This document shows positions 59,208 through 64,000 of a stretch of 64,000 nt of DNA, piece by piece; position 1 is the stretch's first letter, and each line of letters starts with the position of its first letter. Origin of the DNA: Actinomycetota bacterium (lineage in GTDB: Bacteria; Actinomycetota; Humimicrobiia; Humimicrobiales; Humimicrobiaceae); contig JAMDEN010000014.1 of assembly GCA_023487035.1 (NCBI GenBank), forward strand, positions 683 to 64,682, given 5' to 3'. The position numbers were made by a program, and so were the translations under genes. The notes beneath the pieces are model-generated. The model worked only from the letters and a program-made list of their open reading frames with translations, had not been told where the DNA came from and did no database searches.

Positions 59208-59839
59208 AACCGAGCAAGGATCCTTTCAAAAATTTCATTTTCAGTTCCAAGCCCATCAATATTTTCAAGTAAACCTGAATTTTTATAATACTCAACAACT
59301 GGCTGTGTCTGTTTTTTATAAACTTCAAGTCTATTCTTTATTACTTCTTCAGAATCATCATTCCTTTTATACAATTCTCCACCACAATCACATTTAAGCG
59401 GCTGTTCTTTTGAAAAATCGCTTAATTTAAATATTTTATTACATTTTTTACACACAATTCTGTCTGTAAGTCTTCTTACAATCTCATCTTCATCAACAAC
59501 TATATTTATAACTTTATTAAGACTTAAATTAAGTTCTTTTAATAACTGGGAAAATTTTTCTGCCTGTTCAATAGTCCTTGGAAAACCATCCATTAAGAAA
59601 CCAGTCCTGAACTTATCTTTTTTAAATTCTTCTTTAATCATTCCTATAATCAGTTCATCCGGAACTAGTTTACCACTATTTACATATTCCTCTGCTTTTT
59701 TACCTAACTCACTATTACTGCTTATTTCAGATCTTAAAATATCACCAGTTGAAACATGGGGAATATTAAATTTTGATGAAATCTTTTTCGCCTGAGTTCC
59801 TTTACCTGCACCAGGTGCACCAAGTAATATAAGTCTCAT
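59204..59839 (-). CDS. adk: adenylate kinase (zinc-lid type)
   Basis: 211 aa. GAPGAGKGTQA P-loop. Lid CKKCNKIF...CDCGG. Confidence 0.9.
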   Translation of the reverse strand: MRLILLGAPGAGKGTQAKKISSKFNIPHVSTGDILRSEISSNSELGKKAEEYVNSGKLVPDELIIGMIKEEFKKDKFRTGFLMDGFPRTIEQAEKFSQLLKELNLSLNKVINIVVDEDEIVRRLTDRIVCKKCNKIFKLSDFSKEQPLKCDCGGELYKRNDDSEEVIKNRLEVYKKQTQPVVEYYKNSGLLENIDGLGTENEIFERILARL

Positions 59840-61098
59840 TTTATAAATCCCTCATAATCTCGCATCATAAGTTGAGATTCAATCCATTTCATAGTCTCAA
59901 GAGCAACACTTACAGCAATTAAAACAGAAGTACCACCAAATCTGAATGGAATACCCATCGCATCAATTAATATCTCCGGCAATATTGCAATAATCGCCAG
60001 AAATATAGCACCAGGAAGAGTTATTCTATTTAAAATATTAGATAAATAATCTGAAGTATTCTTACCTGGTCGAATACCTGGAATATAACCGCCATATTTT
60101 CTTAAATTATCTGCAGTTTCATTAGGGTTAAATGCAATTGCTGTATAAAAATAAGCAAATACAATAATTAAAAGTGAGTAAATTATAATATAAAAAGGAT
60201 TAACCCTGCCTGCGATTGAAGGACTAAGCCATGAAGCAAGAGACTGCAACCATCTTACATTTATAAATTGAGCAATAGTCGCTGGAAAAAGTAAAACTGA
60301 GATTGCAAAAATTATGGGCATAACACCTGATTGGTTTACTTTTAAAGGGATATAAGTAGATTGACCTCCAAATACCTTTCTACCCACTATCCTTTTTGCA
60401 TATTGAACAGGCATTCTTCTTTCACCCTGATTTATTAAAATAATAGCCATAACAACTGCAACAGAAAGTATGGCAAATATTCCAATAAGAAACCAGTTTG
60501 TACCCTTCAGTCTAAATAAACTTATTAATCCTCCAGGTATTCTTGAAATAATTGATGCAAAAATTATTAAAGAAATACCGTTCCCTATTCCATGGATATT
60601 TATTAATTCTCCAAGCCACATAATAACTGTAGTTCCTGCTGTTAAAGTCATAATTATTAGTGTTACATGCATCCAGTCAAAACTAATAACGGCTCCAAAA
60701 TTACGAAAATAAAAAGTCATGGCAACTGATTGAATTAAAGCAAGCCCGACTGTCACATATCTGGATATCTGATTAATTCTTCTTCTGCCTGTTTCTCCTT
60801 CTTTTGCAAGAGCATCAAGTTTTGGTATAACTACCTGAAGAAGTTGCATAATAATTGAAGATGTAATATAAGGCATAATTCCAAGAGAAAAAACTGAAAA
60901 TTTTCCTAAAGCTCCACCAGAAAATAAATCCATCATTCCAATTATTCCGGTCCCGACCTGGTTTAAAATTTTTGTCGGATTAACTCCAGGTATTGTAAGA
61001 TTTGCTCCAAATCTGTAAAGAGCAAGGATACCTACCGTAAATAAAATTCTATTTCTTAATTCCCTGATTTTAAACGCATTTAATAAAGCACGAAACAT
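59836..61098 (-). CDS. secY: preprotein translocase subunit SecY
   Basis: 420 aa. 10 TM helices. Conserved SecY motifs (GIMPYITSSII, GGTSVLI). Confidence 0.9.
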   Translation of the reverse strand: MFRALLNAFKIRELRNRILFTVGILALYRFGANLTIPGVNPTKILNQVGTGIIGMMDLFSGGALGKFSVFSLGIMPYITSSIIMQLLQVVIPKLDALAKEGETGRRRINQISRYVTVGLALIQSVAMTFYFRNFGAVISFDWMHVTLIIMTLTAGTTVIMWLGELINIHGIGNGISLIIFASIISRIPGGLISLFRLKGTNWFLIGIFAILSVAVVMAIILINQGERRMPVQYAKRIVGRKVFGGQSTYIPLKVNQSGVMPIIFAISVLLFPATIAQFINVRWLQSLASWLSPSIAGRVNPFYIIIYSLLIIVFAYFYTAIAFNPNETADNLRKYGGYIPGIRPGKNTSDYLSNILNRITLPGAIFLAIIAILPEILIDAMGIPFRFGGTSVLIAVSVALETMKWIESQLMMRDYEGFIK

Positions 61099-61550
61099 TA
61101 AATTGCCTCCGCTTCCCCTCCAGCTTTTTCTATTTTTTCAATTGCGCTTTTACTAAAATAATCAGCTTTAACTACAAGTTTTTTTGTAAGACTTCCATTG
61201 CCTAAAATTTTAATTTTATTAACTTTATCTCTTATCAATCCTGATTTGATTAAAGCTTCCATATCTACTATTGAATCATTATCAAATTTTTCAAGCTGGC
61301 TTAAATTAATAATATTAAATTCTTCTTTTCTTGTATTTTTAAAACCTTTAATATGCGGAAGCCTTCTATTAAGTGGCATCTGCCCGCCTTCAAAACCAAG
61401 TCTTGTCTTACTTCTACCTCCTGATCTTGCAAGCTGGCCTTTATTTCCTCTTCCAGAAGTTGTTCCGTGACCCGAACTATTACCTCTTCCAATTCGTTTT
61501 TTATTTTTAACTGAACCATAAGCTGGCCCTAAATCACTAAGATTAACCAT
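61098..61550 (-). CDS. rplO: 50S ribosomal protein L15
   Basis: 150 aa. Gly/Arg-rich N-terminus RIGRGNSSGHGTTSGRGNKGQ. Confidence 0.9.
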   Translation of the reverse strand: MVNLSDLGPAYGSVKNKKRIGRGNSSGHGTTSGRGNKGQLARSGGRSKTRLGFEGGQMPLNRRLPHIKGFKNTRKEEFNIINLSQLEKFDNDSIVDMEALIKSGLIRDKVNKIKILGNGSLTKKLVVKADYFSKSAIEKIEKAGGEAEAI

Positions 61551-61577
61551 TTTTTCTCCTCAAAAGCTTATGAAATA

Positions 61578-62048
61578 TTATAACTTATTATTTAATTCAT
61601 CAGGACTTTTTATGCTTTTAAGTCCATGAATTGTTGCATTTACAATAGATAATGCATTTGAACTACCTATAGATTTTGCAACAACATCCTTGATTCCTGC
61701 AAGTTCCATAATTGCCCTTACAGGTCCGCCAGCAATTACACCAGTACCATGAGTTGCTGGCTTGAAAAATACATGTCCTGCACCTTTAATTGCATTAATT
61801 TCATAAGGAATAGTTCCATTTTTCATTGGAACTTTAAACATATTTTTCTTTGCAGCATGAACTCCTTTCTGGATTGCAGTTGAAACTTCATTTGCTTTAC
61901 CAAAGCCAACGCCTACCATTCCATTCATATCACCAACTGCAACTAAAGCTGAAAAACTAAACCTTCTTCCACCTTTTACTACTTTAGCTACCCTATTTAT
62001 TTTTAAAACTTTTTCAGCAATATTTTCTTCTTTAGAAAATTCCGGCAC
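61578..62048 (-). CDS. rpsE: 30S ribosomal protein S5
   Basis: 156 aa. [20 protein letters not shown]. Confidence 0.9.
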   Translation of the reverse strand: MPEFSKEENIAEKVLKINRVAKVVKGGRRFSFSALVAVGDMNGMVGVGFGKANEVSTAIQKGVHAAKKNMFKVPMKNGTIPYEINAIKGAGHVFFKPATHGTGVIAGGPVRAIMELAGIKDVVAKSIGSSNALSIVNATIHGLKSIKSPDELNNKL

Positions 62049-62075
62049 TACTTTCCTCCTTAAATAAAAACCTGT

Positions 62076-62438
62076 TTAAAATATTAAGCCACCATCTCTA
62101 GCACCATCTGCTAAAGCTTTGATTCTTCCATGATATTTAAAACTTCCTCTATCAAAAACCACTTTATCTATATTTTTTGCCTTTGCTTTTTCTGATAAAG
62201 CTTTCCCTGTTCTAAAACAAACACCAAGATAACCTTTTTCATCAGGATTTTTCTCAATTACCTTACTGGTTATTCCTGTTATGGTTTTGCCTGTTTTACT
62301 ATCAATAATCTGTGCATAAACATATTTATTACTTCTAAAAACACAGAGTCTTGGACGATCAGTTGTTTTTTTTATTTTAGCCCTTACTGATAGTTTTCTT
62401 CTTTCAGCAGCGCTTCTTATTTCTCTTTTAGTTCTCAT
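62076..62438 (-). CDS. rplR: 50S ribosomal protein L18
   Basis: 120 aa. RLCVFRSNKYVYAQIID. Confidence 0.9.
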   Translation of the reverse strand: MRTKREIRSAAERRKLSVRAKIKKTTDRPRLCVFRSNKYVYAQIIDSKTGKTITGITSKVIEKNPDEKGYLGVCFRTGKALSEKAKAKNIDKVVFDRGSFKYHGRIKALADGARDGGLIF

Positions 62439-62520
62439 TAAAACTCCTGTATTTTAAAAAATTATTCAAAATTGTTGAATTTTTTTAAAATTATTAAAAT
62501 ATTAAAATAAACTATTTTTA

Positions 62521-63084
62521 TCATTTCTTGCCGCCTGATTTTCCACCAGCAGCTGTAGTCTTTCCAACTTTTCTTCTGATTACTTCGTCTCTATATTTAA
62601 TGCCTTTACCTTTATATGGTTCAGGCTTTCTCACATTTCTTATCATATTGGCAACTTCACCAACTTTTTGCTTATCTATGCCCTTAACAATGATAAGATT
62701 CTGATTAGGTAAGTCAAACAAAATTCCATCTACTGCTTTTATAAAAACCGGATTTGAATATCCAATTAAAATTTCAAGATCATTTCCTTTTTTACTTGCC
62801 CTATAACCTACTCCAATAATATCAAGAGCTTTTTCAAAACCTTCGCTAACTCCTTTAACCATATTATTTAAAAGGCTTCTATAAAGACCATGCTGAGAAC
62901 GACCCAGCTTATCATCAGATTTTCTGGTTAAAACCATTTTATTTCCCTCAATAGTTAGTGATACCAAATCACCAAGCTCCTGGGAAAGTTCTCCAAGTTT
63001 TCCTTTAACAATTACTTTATTCCCATCAACGGTAACATTTACACCTGATGGAATATCAATTGGTATTTTTCCAATTCTGGACAC
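62521..63084 (-). CDS. rplF: 50S ribosomal protein L6
   Basis: 187 aa. [15 protein letters not shown]. Confidence 0.9.
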   Translation of the reverse strand: MSRIGKIPIDIPSGVNVTVDGNKVIVKGKLGELSQELGDLVSLTIEGNKMVLTRKSDDKLGRSQHGLYRSLLNNMVKGVSEGFEKALDIIGVGYRASKKGNDLEILIGYSNPVFIKAVDGILFDLPNQNLIIVKGIDKQKVGEVANMIRNVRKPEPYKGKGIKYRDEVIRRKVGKTTAAGGKSGGKK

Positions 63085-63102
63085 TTTAAATCCCCCTTTT
63101 AG

Positions 63103-63501
63103 TTACCAGATGTAACAAATAATTTCGCCACCAAGACCATTCTTTTTTGCTTCAGAACCAGTTAAAACTCCTTTTGATGTTGAAATAATAACTGTCCCAA
63201 TCCCGCCTAATACTTTAGGGATTTCATTATTCTTAGCATAAGTTCTAAGTCCAGGTTTGCTTATTCTTTTAATTCCAGTGATTACACTATTTTTATTTTT
63301 ATCAAACTTTAAATAAATTCTAATTGACTTTATTATGCTATCACTGGTTAATTCAAAATTTCTAATATAACCCTTTTCCAGCAAAATTTTTGCGATATCC
63401 TTTTTTATTCTCGAATAAGGTATATCAACAAAATCCAACTTCGCCTTATTGGCATTTCTAATCCTGGTTAGCATATCTGCAATAGGGTCTGTTACAACCA
63501 T
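63103..63501 (-). CDS. rpsH: 30S ribosomal protein S8
   Basis: 132 aa. [13 protein letters not shown]. Confidence 0.9.
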   Translation of the reverse strand: MVVTDPIADMLTRIRNANKAKLDFVDIPYSRIKKDIAKILLEKGYIRNFELTSDSIIKSIRIYLKFDKNKNSVITGIKRISKPGLRTYAKNNEIPKVLGGIGTVIISTSKGVLTGSEAKKNGLGGEIICYIW

Positions 63502-63516
63502 TAAATCCTCCTTTAA

Positions 63517-63702
63517 TTACCAACTGGACTTTGTAAGTCCAGGTATTTTTCCTTCATGAGCAAGCTCTCTAAGACAAATTCTGCATAATCCAAAAGTTCT
63601 AAAATATCCTCTAGGCCTCCCGCATCTGCTACACCTGTTATATTTTCTTGTTGAAAATTTAGGTGTCCTGCTATGTTTTACAATTAACGACTTTTTTGCC
63701 AA
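63517..63702 (-). CDS. rpsN: 30S ribosomal protein S14 type Z (zinc-binding)
   Basis: 61 aa. [20 protein letters not shown]. Confidence 0.9.
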   Translation of the reverse strand: MAKKSLIVKHSRTPKFSTRKYNRCSRCGRPRGYFRTFGLCRICLRELAHEGKIPGLTKSSW

Positions 63703-63724
63703 AAAACCCTCCTATAATAAAAAA

Positions 63725-64000
63725 TTATTTTCTAAATGGAAAACCAAATTTTTCAACCAAATTTAATGCATCCTTATCACTACTAGTATTAGTGGTAAGA
63801 GTAATATTCATACCTTTAATAACCTGAGATTCTTCTAAATCAACTTCAGGGAAAATAGTTTGTTCTTTCAGGCCAAGAGTGAAATTGCCATTCCCATCAA
63901 ACCCTTTTTTTGAAATACCTCGAAAATCTTTAATTCTTGGTATAGCAATATTTAAAAGTCTGTCTAAAAATTCATACATCCTATTACCTCTTAATGTAAC
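63725..64000 (-). CDS. rplE: 50S ribosomal protein L5 (3' portion; gene runs off the window edge)
   Basis: C-terminal 84 aa match L5 (..YEFLDRLLNIAIPRIKDFRG...FPFRK). The frame stays open upstream through 64000 (..VTLRGNR MYEF..), so the true start lies beyond the window. Confidence 0.85.
   Translation of the reverse strand, partial: VTLRGNRMYEFLDRLLNIAIPRIKDFRGISKKGFDGNGNFTLGLKEQTIFPEVDLEESQVIKGMNITLTTNTSSDKDALNLVEKFGFPFRK

Overview
This is an AT-rich (about 30% GC by eye) bacterial chromosomal window containing four recognisable blocks, read from the sequence alone.

- **1-7.9 kb:** two tandem DUF134 (UPF0251) putative regulators, a membrane multi-PAS GGDEF diguanylate cyclase, a large fused GlcD/GlcF-type FAD/Fe-S oxidoreductase with an odd Met/Pro-rich tail, an ArsR regulator, and a VapBC-like RHH/PIN toxin-antitoxin pair.
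- **8.5-17.4 kb:** a composite restriction-modification / abortive-infection defence island. It comprises a fused HsdM-HsdS polypeptide, an AAA_13 ABC-type ATPase with a coiled coil, a CxxC hook and a PrrC/RloC-like C-terminal motif, a RhuM-family protein with a Doc-type Fic motif, and a short HsdR-like PD-(D/E)xK + SF2 helicase. This is the most interesting region.
- **17.5-32.5 kb:** housekeeping and accessory genes: a TetR regulator, a cobalamin riboswitch in front of a corrinoid adenosyltransferase, an Isf flavoprotein, Alr, a CBS protein, Nnr, AcpS, a copZ-copA-csoR copper operon with a candidate operator, and glmS.
- **32.8-46.3 kb:** a minus-strand sugar/sugar-acid catabolic island of unknown substrate. 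It holds a GntR/UTRA regulator, two Gfo/Idh/MocA oxidoreductases, a Zn-ADH, an FGGY kinase, a PTE-family (lactonase-like) hydrolase, an archaeal-type cupin phosphoglucose isomerase, a 2-hydroxyacid dehydrogenase, a shikimate-DH-like protein, a KDPG aldolase, a TIM-barrel isomerase and a FucI/AraA-like isomerase.
- **46.7-64 kb:** a heterodimeric ABC exporter, then glmM with a racemase-fold gene, then the rplM-rpsI, rpoA-rplQ-truA and spc/alpha ribosomal cluster on the minus strand (rplE truncated at the window edge).

No CRISPR array, rRNA, tRNA, integrase or transposase was seen.
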